Of a stretch of DNA of 64,000 bases, positions 20,636 to 29,001 are shown piece after piece. The position numbers and the translations under genes are program-made. The notes beneath the pieces are model-generated. The model worked only from the letters and a program-made list of their open reading frames with translations, had not been told where the DNA came from and did no database searches. The stretch lies in contig OY969778.1 in the NCBI GenBank assembly GCA_963703025.1, forward strand, positions 897,160 through 961,159, written 5' to 3'. The stretch comes from an uncultured Pseudomonadota bacterium. GTDB taxonomy: Bacteria > Pseudomonadota > Gammaproteobacteria > Steroidobacterales > Steroidobacteraceae. How positions within the stretch are numbered: position 1 is the stretch's first letter; every line of letters starts with the position of its first letter.

Positions 20636-22126
20636 ATGGACATCAACGGCTCCCCCGAAAACTCCCCCGAACCACACATTCGCCACGCGCAGGCCTTGCA
20701 GGGCGCAGGACGCCTGGTCGAGGCGGAGCAGGCCTACACGCGAGTCCTGGCACGGTGGCCGGCGCTGCCAAACTGCTGGTTCAACTTAGGGGTGGTGCAG
20801 CGCCTGCAGGGCCGCGGCGAGGCAGCGCTCGCCTCGTACCGCGAGGCACTCAACCATGGCGTCTCGCGGCCCGAGGAGGTCCACCTCAACCGCGCCGTGA
20901 TACTCAACGACGTCCTGCAGCGCGCCGTCGAGGCCGAGGCTGAGCTGCGCGCCGCGCTGGCGCTGAACCCGACCTACCTGCCGGCGATGCTCAATCTTGC
21001 CAACCTGCACGAGGATCGCGGCGAGCGCGAGGCCGCCCGAGCGCTGTACGGCCAGATCCTGACGCTCAATCCCCTGGACTTCCTCGCCTTTGCGCGCCTA
21101 TCCAACCTGATGCCGCGCGGCTCGCACGATCCGCAGCTCATCGAGCGGCTGCGCGGCGCGCTCACCCGAGCCGAAGCCTCGGCGGCGGACCGCGCGCACG
21201 TGGGCTTTGCCCTGGGACGGGCGCTGGACGGGGTGAAGGACTACCCGGCGGCCTTTGCCGCCTACCAGGCGGCCAACGAGGCCAGCCGTGCCGGCACCGC
21301 GCTGCCGGTTCACTACGACCGCGCCGCGCACGAGCAGGTGGTCGATGAACTCATCGCAACCCCACTGCCTGCGCCGGTGGAGTCGGTGACCCCGTCGCGG
21401 CGACGGCCGGTCTTCATATGCGGGATGTACCGCTCCGGCTCGACCCTGACCGAGCACCTGCTGGCCGGACATCCCGAGGTCGGCGCGGGCGGGGAGCTGC
21501 CGCTGCTGTCACGCCTCATCAGCGATCAGCTGGTGCCCTTCCCGGCAGCCCTGGCACGCGCATCCGCGGCGCACCTGGCGCGCCTGGCCGCCAGCTACCG
21601 CGCGAGCATCGCCACCTTGTTCCCCTCGGCGGCCTTCGTGACCGACAAGCGTCCGGACAATTTCTTCTGCATCGGCCTGATCAAGACCCTCTTCCCGGAT
21701 GCCCGGATCGTGCACACGGTGCGCGATCCGCTGGACACCTGCCTCTCGGTGTACTTCCTGCACCTGGACCATCGCCTCAGCTACGCCCTTGATCTTTCTG
21801 ACATTGGCCACTTTTACCGCCAGTACCAGCGCCTGATGGCGCACTGGAAGCAGCTCTTCGGGACTTCGATCATCGACTTCGACTACGACCGGTTCGTGCA
21901 GTCCCCGGAGCCCACTGCCGCGCAGCTATTCGGCGCGCTCGGGATGACCTGGGATGCGAGTTTCCTGGACTTCCCGCGCACCGCACGCAGCGTGCGCACG
22001 GCCAGTGTCTGGCAGGTGCGTGAGCCGCTGTACCAGCATTCCTCGGGGCGGGCGCGGCACTACGCGCGCGAGCTGGGGGCCTTGCGCAGGGAACTCGGCC
22101 TGCCGCCTGCAGACGACACCGGCTGA
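20636..22126 (+). CDS. TPR-repeat protein with C-terminal PAPS-dependent sulfotransferase domain (paralog 1, 496 aa)
   Basis: N-terminal TPR-like repeats (AEQAYTRVLARWPALPNCWFNLGVV..., ALNPTYLPAMLNLANLHEDRGEREAARALYGQILTLNP). The C-domain has the 5'-phosphosulfate loop FICGMYRSGSTLTEHLL and the 3'-phosphate motif VRDPLDTCLSVYF. No signal peptide. Confidence 0.75.
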   Translation: MDINGSPENSPEPHIRHAQALQGAGRLVEAEQAYTRVLARWPALPNCWFNLGVVQRLQGRGEAALASYREALNHGVSRPEEVHLNRAVILNDVLQRAVEAEAELRAALALNPTYLPAMLNLANLHEDRGEREAARALYGQILTLNPLDFLAFARLSNLMPRGSHDPQLIERLRGALTRAEASAADRAHVGFALGRALDGVKDYPAAFAAYQAANEASRAGTALPVHYDRAAHEQVVDELIATPLPAPVESVTPSRRRPVFICGMYRSGSTLTEHLLAGHPEVGAGGELPLLSRLISDQLVPFPAALARASAAHLARLAASYRASIATLFPSAAFVTDKRPDNFFCIGLIKTLFPDARIVHTVRDPLDTCLSVYFLHLDHRLSYALDLSDIGHFYRQYQRLMAHWKQLFGTSIIDFDYDRFVQSPEPTAAQLFGALGMTWDASFLDFPRTARSVRTASVWQVREPLYQHSSGRARHYARELGALRRELGLPPADDTG

Positions 22127-22134
22127 GGGCTCCG

Positions 22135-22800
22135 GTGAGCGACTCGCCCGAGGTCGTGCCGGTCTTCGCCACACCCTTCGGTGTGGTCAGCCTGCCCGTG
22201 GCGCGGGAATCCAATGCGGCGCTGGCCGCGGTGTTCACCGCCCGCGCACTGCCCCCGGGGGAAGCCGCGACTGCAGGCGCGCACGCCAGCTTCTGCAGCC
22301 CAGAGGACCTGCTCGAGTGGCAAGACCCGGCCGTGGTGCAGCTCAGCCGCGAGATGCTGGCCGGCGTGAGCGCGTTTGCGACTTCGATCAGCGAACTGAC
22401 AACCGAGCAGTGGGCCAGCCTGCAGCTGCAGGCACGCGGCCGGTTCACGGTCATCGCCAACAATGGCTATGTCTCGCCCCACAGCCATCCGAACACCTCC
22501 TGGGTCGCCATCTACTGTGTCGCGGCGCCCCCGCCGTCGGCTATGCGGCATGACAGCGGCGTGCTGCGCCTGCACGAGTTCCGCCCGGGGGCGATGTTCG
22601 TGGACTCCGCCCACGGCACCGCGCGAATGCCCTACCGCCCAGGACACGTCATCTGGCGACCCGTTCCCGGCAAGATGGCGGTTTTTCCTGCCACGATCAC
22701 CCATGAAGTCGCACTTTTACGTGCAGAATCGCCCCTGATCCTGGTCACCCTGCGGATCCGGTTCGTGGGCGCAAACCAACCGTGGATGCCCCCGTGGTAG
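22135..22800 (+). CDS. 2OG-Fe(II)-oxygenase-like / cupin protein of an uncharacterised family (paralog A, 221 aa)
   Basis: GTG start 8 nt after the sulfotransferase stop. The motifs HSHPNTSWVAIYCV and MAVFPATITHEV match, from memory, the 2OG-FeII_Oxy_5 / TIGR02466-type pattern (HxHP..S..S..Y ... FPS...H.V). This needs HMM confirmation. Confidence 0.55.
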   Translation: MSDSPEVVPVFATPFGVVSLPVARESNAALAAVFTARALPPGEAATAGAHASFCSPEDLLEWQDPAVVQLSREMLAGVSAFATSISELTTEQWASLQLQARGRFTVIANNGYVSPHSHPNTSWVAIYCVAAPPPSAMRHDSGVLRLHEFRPGAMFVDSAHGTARMPYRPGHVIWRPVPGKMAVFPATITHEVALLRAESPLILVTLRIRFVGANQPWMPPW

Positions 22801-23447
22801 CCCCTGCCCTGACCCTCCACCCCCGCTTCGCGGTCCCGGTCGCCGAGGCACACCTTTCGCCCTGCGAGGCGCTCAACCACGAGCTTGAGGCACTCTTCCT
22901 GGCGCGGGAGACCGATGAGTACCGCAACCCGATGCCCAGCCACCGGCCCCAGCAGGAGCTGTTCGAGAGTCGCTTCAACCTGTTCCGCTGGCCTGAGGCA
23001 TGTATCCAGCAGCTGCGCGCCTTCGTTCTGGAGGGTGTCGCCCAGGCGGTGCTGCGCGCGACGGACCTGTCCGCGCAGGAACTGGGCCGCCTGCAGTTCC
23101 ACAATCACACCTGGTTCCATATCACCCGGCACGCGGGCTCCTTCGTGGCCCACAACCACCCGATGGCCTCCTGGTCAGCCGTGTACTGCGTGCGTGCCGG
23201 GGAGTCAGTCCCCGGCCAGCCCGACAGCGGCCTCCTGCGATTGCGTGACCCACGCAGCGGCGCCGCTGCGTACCAGGATCCGGCAAACGCGCGCCTGCAG
23301 GGGCAGTTTCAGCTGCGTCCGCTGGAGCTAAGACTCGTTCCAGGCCAGCTGGTGGTCTTCCCCTCGTACGTGTTTCACGAGGTTGCACCCTTTTTCGGCG
23401 GCGACCGCCGCATCACCGTGGCCACCAATTGCTGGTTTGCCCAATAG
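22782..23447 (+). CDS. 2OG-Fe(II)-oxygenase-like / cupin protein (paralog B, 221 aa)
   Basis: Overlaps paralog A by 19 nt. Its motifs HNHPMASWSAVYCV and LVVFPSYVFHEV sit at the same relative positions as in paralog A. It ends ...RITVATNCWF. Confidence 0.55.
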   Translation: MDAPVVAPALTLHPRFAVPVAEAHLSPCEALNHELEALFLARETDEYRNPMPSHRPQQELFESRFNLFRWPEACIQQLRAFVLEGVAQAVLRATDLSAQELGRLQFHNHTWFHITRHAGSFVAHNHPMASWSAVYCVRAGESVPGQPDSGLLRLRDPRSGAAAYQDPANARLQGQFQLRPLELRLVPGQLVVFPSYVFHEVAPFFGGDRRITVATNCWFAQ

Positions 23448-23549
23448 GCCACACCCGCCATTACCGCCCCTTTTGTGGTTCGAAAGATACAGCGCCGGCG
23501 CACATTTGCCTGCCGCGTACGAGCGCCTAGCGGCCTTTTCGATAATCTT

Positions 23550-23578
23550 TTGCGCACTTCCTTACTCGCGTGTAGTCT
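23550..23578 (+). promoter_or_regulatory. Possible sigma-70 promoter for the TonB-dependent receptor gene
   Basis: TTGCGC (23550-23555), a 17-nt spacer, then TAGTCT (23573-23578). It lies in the AT-richer 224-nt gap upstream of the receptor. The match is moderate only. Confidence 0.3.
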
Positions 23579-23671
23579 TTCCGCCATAGCCACCGCGAGC
23601 GCAACATTCCAGCAACTGCGCCGCTGTTGCACGTGCTTTTCACGGACCTTGGACCTTGGGGAGATAAACGA

Positions 23672-26600
23672 ATGACGAAGACTAATCGCGCTCTGCGAAA
23701 CGCCGTCCGATTTGCCCTGGCGACCGCTGCCAGCGCCTCGGCGCCGCTCGCGTTTGCGCAGACCGCACCGGCCGCCGCCTCGGGGCAGATTCAAGAGGTA
23801 GTCGTCACAGGCTCGCGCCTGATGCAGGCGCCGAACGATGTGTCGATCAGCCCGATCACCACCGTTACGCAGCAGGACATCCAGCAGACCGGCCTGATTC
23901 GTACCGAGGACATCCTCAACAACCTGCCGCAGGTCGCAGTGGAACAGGCTTCGGGCAACTCCATCAGCTCCGTCGGCGTCGCGACCGTCAGCCTGCGTGG
24001 CTTAGGTTCGCAGCGCACCCTGGCGCTGATCGATGGCCGCCGCATGAACCCCGGTGGTGCCGGTGGCGTGCCCGGTGGCAACGCCAGTGCCGCAGACATC
24101 AACCAGATCCCGTCGGAACTGATCGAGCGCGTTGACGTGCTCACCGGCGGCGCCTCGGCCGTGTACGGCGCTGACGCTGTGGCCGGTGTCGTGAACTTCG
24201 TCATGAACACCCACTTCGAGGGTGTGCAGGTCAGTGGTTCCTACAGCTTCAACAACCACCACAACGGCGACCAGACGTACCTGAACTACCTGTCCGAGTC
24301 GGGTAACCCGCTGCCCGCGAGCACGGTCAACACCGGCCAGAACCGCACCGGTTCGATCATCATGGGAGCGAACTTTGCCGACGGCCGCGGCAACGCCACC
24401 GCGTACGTGACCTACCTGAACAGCTCACCTGCGGTGGGCTACCAGTTCGACCACGCGGGCTGCACGCTCAATGGCAGTTCGTCCTCGCTGTCCGCCCCGC
24501 CCTTCTGCGGCGGCTCGTCAACCAGCGCCGGCGGTCGTTTCAAGCTGTTCGGCCTGAATGCTTCGGGCCATACCGTCACGCTGCTGAACAACACGGTTGA
24601 TCGCACCACGGGTGCCTTCCGCAACTACGACGCCGGGACGGACGCCTACAACTATGGTGCGCTCAGCTACTTCCAGCGCCAGGCCGAGCGCTGGACCGCC
24701 GGCGCGTTCCTGCATTACGACCTGAACGACCACGTCACGACGTACTCCGAGACCATGTACGCGTACAACACCAACACCGCGCAGTACGGGCCAAGCGGCG
24801 CGTTCGCTTACACCCCGGTCCCGACCAGCTGCGACAACCCGCTGCTGACCGCGCAGGAAGTGTCGACCATCTGTACCCCGGCGAACCTCGCCGCGAACCA
24901 GGCCCTCTTTGGTGGTACCGGCAACCAGTTCACCGAATACCTGGGCCGCCGCAACGTCGAAGGCGGCGGACGTCTGGACAACTACACGTCCAACTCCATC
25001 CGCCAGGTGGTTGGCATGAAGGGCCAGATCAACAGCGCCTGGAGCTACGACGCCTACGCCCAGCTTGGCATCACGACGTTCTCCGACTTCGAAGGCAACT
25101 TCCTGGGAACGCAGCAGATCGGCTACTCCCTGGATGTCATCAAGAATCCTGCCGTCGGCGGCGTCGTGGGCGTCCCGGTCGGTGCCCCGGTCTGCCGTTC
25201 GGCACTGCCCGGCGGCGCGCAGCCGACCTGCGTACCGTGGAACATCTGGCAGGCTGGCGGCGTCAGCGCCGCGGCCCTGAACTACCTGACGGTCCCGGCA
25301 AGCTACGGCTCGGATTCGAAGGAGTACATCGTGGATGCCTCGGCCACCGGCGACCTGGGCAAGTACGGGATCCAGCTGCCGACCGCGAACAGCGGCCTGA
25401 ACGTGAACGTCGGCACGGAGTACCGCCAGGAGAAGTTCGACTTCAGCCCCGATTACATCTTCGAGAATGGCTTCCAGGCCGGCGGCGCGCCGGCGGGCCC
25501 GATCAACGGCCAGTTCCACGTCTGGGAAGGCTTCACGGAAATGCGCCTGCCGTTGGTCGACGAGAAGCCGGGGATCTACCTGCTCTCGATGGACGCCGGC
25601 TACCGCTATTCCAGTTACACGGAAGGCTTCGACACCAACACCTACAAGTTCGGTGTTGAATATGCCCCGATCCGCTCACTGCGCCTGCGCACCGGCTACA
25701 ACCGCGCGGTCCGGGCGCCGAACCTGAACGAACTGTACCAACCGGCAGCGGTGGGTGCTGGCGGCACGGCCGACCCGTGCTGGGGCACGACCCCGATCTA
25801 TACCCAGGCGGAGTGCGCGCGCACCGGCGTGACCGCTTCGCAGTACGGTCACCTCGACGTCAACGGGGCCGCGCAGATCAACACCCAGGTCGGTGGTACT
25901 TCAAGTCTCACCCCGGAAACGGCAGACACCTTCACCATCGGTGGTGTGTGGCAGCCGGACTTCGTACCCGGGCTGAACGTGTCGATCGATGCCTTCGATA
26001 TCAAGATCAAGAACACGATCACCTCGCTGTCCTCGAACTCGATCATCGCCAACTGCGCAGTGAACGATGACCCGTTCTCGTGCGCATCGATCCATCGTGG
26101 CGCCAACGGCTCGCTGTGGTTCAACACCTCCGAGTACGTCTCGGCGCTGTACCAGAACATCGGCACCGTGCAGACCAAGGGTATCGACCTCACCTCCGGC
26201 TACCACGTCAACATGGGCCACATGGGCCGGTTGATGGTGAACCTCGTGGGCACGTACACCAACAGCTTCACGGTCAACCCGATCCCGGGTGTGAACTACG
26301 ACTGCGCGGGCTACTTCGGTTCGACCTGCGGCGCACCGTTGCCCAAGTGGCGTCATGTGCTGGGCACGACCTGGGGCACCCCCTGGGCGGGGCTGGACCT
26401 GACGTTGCGCTGGCGCTATCTCGGCACCTCGTCGGTCGACCGTTCGAGCTCGGATCCGTCGCTGGCTTCCCCGTACTACCCGTACACGGCGCACATCCCG
26501 GCGTACAACTACATCGACATCTCGGCCGCGATGCCACTGTTTGGCAACTTCGAGGCGCGTGTGGGTGTGAACAACATCGCCGACAAGAACCCGCCGTTGA

Positions 26601-26716
26601 TCCTGAACGGCACGTACTCGGATTGCCCGAATACGAGCTGCAACGACAACACGTGGGTGGGAACGTACGACACGCTCGGCCGGTACATCTACATGAACCT
26701 GACCGCGAAGTTCTAA
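23672..26716 (+). CDS. TonB-dependent outer-membrane receptor (about 1014 aa precursor)
   Basis: ATG 23672 is preceded by GGGGAG. Signal peptide MTKTNRALRNAVRFALATAASASAPLAFA-QT. TonB box/plug reads IQEVVVTGSRL...ISPITTVTQQDIQQTGLIRTEDILNNLPQV...VSLRGLG...TLALIDGRR. The long Gly/Asn/Tyr-rich barrel ends ...YIYMNLTAKF (terminal Phe). No N-terminal signalling (STN) extension. Confidence 0.92.
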   Translation: MTKTNRALRNAVRFALATAASASAPLAFAQTAPAAASGQIQEVVVTGSRLMQAPNDVSISPITTVTQQDIQQTGLIRTEDILNNLPQVAVEQASGNSISSVGVATVSLRGLGSQRTLALIDGRRMNPGGAGGVPGGNASAADINQIPSELIERVDVLTGGASAVYGADAVAGVVNFVMNTHFEGVQVSGSYSFNNHHNGDQTYLNYLSESGNPLPASTVNTGQNRTGSIIMGANFADGRGNATAYVTYLNSSPAVGYQFDHAGCTLNGSSSSLSAPPFCGGSSTSAGGRFKLFGLNASGHTVTLLNNTVDRTTGAFRNYDAGTDAYNYGALSYFQRQAERWTAGAFLHYDLNDHVTTYSETMYAYNTNTAQYGPSGAFAYTPVPTSCDNPLLTAQEVSTICTPANLAANQALFGGTGNQFTEYLGRRNVEGGGRLDNYTSNSIRQVVGMKGQINSAWSYDAYAQLGITTFSDFEGNFLGTQQIGYSLDVIKNPAVGGVVGVPVGAPVCRSALPGGAQPTCVPWNIWQAGGVSAAALNYLTVPASYGSDSKEYIVDASATGDLGKYGIQLPTANSGLNVNVGTEYRQEKFDFSPDYIFENGFQAGGAPAGPINGQFHVWEGFTEMRLPLVDEKPGIYLLSMDAGYRYSSYTEGFDTNTYKFGVEYAPIRSLRLRTGYNRAVRAPNLNELYQPAAVGAGGTADPCWGTTPIYTQAECARTGVTASQYGHLDVNGAAQINTQVGGTSSLTPETADTFTIGGVWQPDFVPGLNVSIDAFDIKIKNTITSLSSNSIIANCAVNDDPFSCASIHRGANGSLWFNTSEYVSALYQNIGTVQTKGIDLTSGYHVNMGHMGRLMVNLVGTYTNSFTVNPIPGVNYDCAGYFGSTCGAPLPKWRHVLGTTWGTPWAGLDLTLRWRYLGTSSVDRSSSDPSLASPYYPYTAHIPAYNYIDISAAMPLFGNFEARVGVNNIADKNPPLILNGTYSDCPNTSCNDNTWVGTYDTLGRYIYMNLTAKF

Positions 26717-26750
26717 GCGAAGCTTCCAGCTTCCTCGACGAGCAAAATTT

Positions 26751-26778
26751 ACGGCGGGCCTCGGCCCGCCGTTTTTTT
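26751..26778 (+). terminator. Rho-independent terminator after the receptor gene
   Basis: ACGGCGGGCC tc GGCCCGCCGT followed by TTTTTTT, 35 nt after the stop codon. Confidence 0.85.
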
Positions 26779-26840
26779 GCCTGTCGTGCGCGTAGGCGCG
26801 CGCCAAGGTCCCGCTGCGCGGCTTCTGGCATGATGCGCCC

Positions 26841-28448
26841 ATGCCACGTGACCTAAAGGCGGACCAGGAGTTGCTCGGCAAGGTCCTGGCGCATGCGCAG
26901 AACCGCGACATACACCGGGCCGCCGTGCTCGCCGAACAGGCCCTTGCTGAGGGCTTCGAGCATCCGCTGCTGCTGAACATCGCAGCCACGCGGCTGGAGC
27001 AGGAGGGCAGGCTGCAGGAAGCACTGGGCCTGCTGGAGCGCGGGGTCGCGCTGGCACCGGCGGACGTACCGGTACGCAACGCGCTGGCGTTGTGCCTGCA
27101 GCGGCTGGACCGGCCGCAGGAGGCCCTGACCCACCTGGAGCTGATACTCAAGGAGCACCCCAAGCTCAGCTTCGCCCACGCCAGCAAGGGCAACGCGCTC
27201 ATCGCCCTGGGCTCACTCGGGCTCGCACAGGCCAGCCACCTGCGGGCGCTGGAGCTGGACGCGGACAACATTGCGGCGATGGGCTCGCTTGCCTCGATCG
27301 CCACCCACCGCGGTGACCACGCCGGCGCGCGGCGCTGGGCGGAACGGCTTCTCGCGCGCATGCCGGGCTTTCCCGATGCGGTGCTCAGTCTCGCGGCGGC
27401 CGACCTGGCCGGCGGCGCCACGGCGCGGGCGGAGGCGGCTCTGCGCGCCCTGCTGGCCGACCCGCGTGCGGGGGCGACCGACCGGGCGCGGGCCTTGGGA
27501 CAGCTGGGCGACGTGCTCGATGCCACCGGGCGCTACGCGGAAGCCTTCGAGGCTTACGCATCAGGCAACGAGCTGACGCGGCAGGCGCAGCGCCGGTTCG
27601 CAGAACCGAGCCTGCTCAGCTACACCCATGCACTCTCGGCCACCTTCAGCGCGCTCGCGCCGCGCTGGCCGCGCAGCGCCGCGGCGCAGCCGGTCGCGGG
27701 CGGCCCCGCGGGGCACGTCCTGCTGATGGGGTTCCCGCGCTCGGGCACCACGCTGCTCGAGGCAGTCCTCGACGGGCACCCGCAGGTGGTGAGTCTTGAG
27801 GAGCACGACCTGTTCACCGAGGGGGTGCTGCGCTTCCTGGGCGACCCGCACACGCTTGATGCGCTGGCGGGTGCCGATGAGGCCCAGCTGGCACCGCTGC
27901 GTGCGGCGTACTGGGCCCGGGCGCGCGCTGGCGGCGCCGACCTCGACGGCAAGGTGTTCGTGGACAAGCACCCGCTCAACACACTGAAGCTGCCCCTGGT
28001 CGCGCGACTGTTCCCCGAGGCCAAGATCCTGTTCATACGCCGCGACCCGCGCGACGTCGTGTTCAGCTGCTTCCGGCGCCGCTTCAGAATGAACCCGGCC
28101 ATGTACCAGATGCTGACGCTCGACAGCGCGGCGCGGTTTTACGATGCGGTCATGGACTTCGCCGCGCGCGTGCAGCCGGTGCTTGGCCTGCCGTGGCTGG
28201 ACGTGCGCTACGAGGGGCTGATGGGGGAGTTCGCCGCACAGACACAGCGCATCTGTGCATTCCTCGGCCTTGAATGGACCGCCGGCATGGGCGAGTTCGC
28301 AAGCCGCGTCCAGTCGCGCGAGAGTGCCACCCCGAGCACCGCGCAGCTGGCGCGCGGCCTGGACCCTTCAGGGATCGGTCACTGGCGGCATTACGCGGGC
28401 GAGCTTGCACCGGTGCAGGCGGTGCTGGAGCGCTGGATCAGCCAGTAG
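26841..28448 (+). CDS. TPR-repeat protein with C-terminal sulfotransferase domain (paralog 2, 535 aa)
   Basis: TPR-like N-half (LEQEGRLQEALGLLERGVALAPADVPVRNALALCLQRLDRPQEAL...). Sulfotransferase motifs are VLLMGFPRSGTTLLEAVL and FIRRDPRDVVFSCF. No signal peptide. Confidence 0.75.
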   Translation: MPRDLKADQELLGKVLAHAQNRDIHRAAVLAEQALAEGFEHPLLLNIAATRLEQEGRLQEALGLLERGVALAPADVPVRNALALCLQRLDRPQEALTHLELILKEHPKLSFAHASKGNALIALGSLGLAQASHLRALELDADNIAAMGSLASIATHRGDHAGARRWAERLLARMPGFPDAVLSLAAADLAGGATARAEAALRALLADPRAGATDRARALGQLGDVLDATGRYAEAFEAYASGNELTRQAQRRFAEPSLLSYTHALSATFSALAPRWPRSAAAQPVAGGPAGHVLLMGFPRSGTTLLEAVLDGHPQVVSLEEHDLFTEGVLRFLGDPHTLDALAGADEAQLAPLRAAYWARARAGGADLDGKVFVDKHPLNTLKLPLVARLFPEAKILFIRRDPRDVVFSCFRRRFRMNPAMYQMLTLDSAARFYDAVMDFAARVQPVLGLPWLDVRYEGLMGEFAAQTQRICAFLGLEWTAGMGEFASRVQSRESATPSTAQLARGLDPSGIGHWRHYAGELAPVQAVLERWISQ

Positions 28449-28479
28449 GCTGCGCCAACCCAGGCGCGCGCCGCGGCGC

Positions 28480-29001
28480 TCACTTGGCGCGCTGCGCCCG
28501 GTACGTGTGGTGCGTGGACGTGGTGATGAGGTAGGAACCCAGCGCGGCGCGCTTGATGGTCACTTCGCTGCCGGTCGGCGGCGGCCCGCCGGCGTCCAGG
28601 TACGTCCAGGTCTGGCCATTGTCGAGGCTCACGAAGTTGTTGCCCTGGCGATCAGCACTGGCTGCCACCACATGGGCCGTGATGGCCTGGGTACTTAGCT
28701 CGGTAGGGGCCACGTGCGTGCTCATCCCGAAGCCACCGGCCGCCGCGACCGGTGCGGCTGCCCCTGCGGACCCGGTGGCGCCGGCAGCAGGCGCGCCAGC
28801 GACCGCGGCAGCAGGCGCAGCCGGCGGCGGCATCTTGGCCACCGCGAGCGTGTCGTAGCAGGCCAGACGCTGATCGACAGCGATGATCGCCGCACAGTGC
28901 GCAAGCTCGCTGACGCTCACCGTCGGTGCCGCCGCCGCGGCGGCACCGGCAAGCCCCAGCCCCGCCAGCATGGCCGAGCACACCGTGGCCACCGGGCTCA
29001 C
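28480..29001 (-). CDS. Small exported protein of unknown function (173 aa) with Cys pair, Ala/Pro-rich linker and beta-rich C-terminal domain
   Basis: The GTG start overlaps the stop of the upstream hydroxylase gene (GTGA). The hydrophobic N-terminus MSPVATVCSAMLAGLGLAGAAAAAA-P is signal-peptide-like but lacks a basic n-region. It continues HCAAIIAVDQRLACYD, then the linker PPPAAPAAAVAGAPAAGATGSAGAAAPVAAAGG, then ...FVSLDNGQTWTYLD...VTIKRAALGSYLITT. Confidence 0.6.
   Translation of the reverse strand: MSPVATVCSAMLAGLGLAGAAAAAAPTVSVSELAHCAAIIAVDQRLACYDTLAVAKMPPPAAPAAAVAGAPAAGATGSAGAAAPVAAAGGFGMSTHVAPTELSTQAITAHVVAASADRQGNNFVSLDNGQTWTYLDAGGPPPTGSEVTIKRAALGSYLITTSTHHTYRAQRAK

Noticed and set aside
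23541-23559. Possible Fur box (GATAATCTTTTGCGCAC) overlapping the putative -35 of the TonB-dependent receptor.
   Set aside because: Only the GATAATC half resembles the GATAATGATAATCATTATC consensus, and there is no dyad partner. This is too weak to call iron regulation.
23448-23671. A riboswitch (for example cobalamin or TPP), or a precursor-peptide ORF, in the leader of the receptor gene.
   Set aside because: No B12-box or thi-box-like conserved blocks were recognised. The small ORFs here (23383-23589, 23475-23675) have odd composition, no Shine-Dalgarno and non-ATG starts. A covariance-model scan would be needed to exclude a riboswitch formally.
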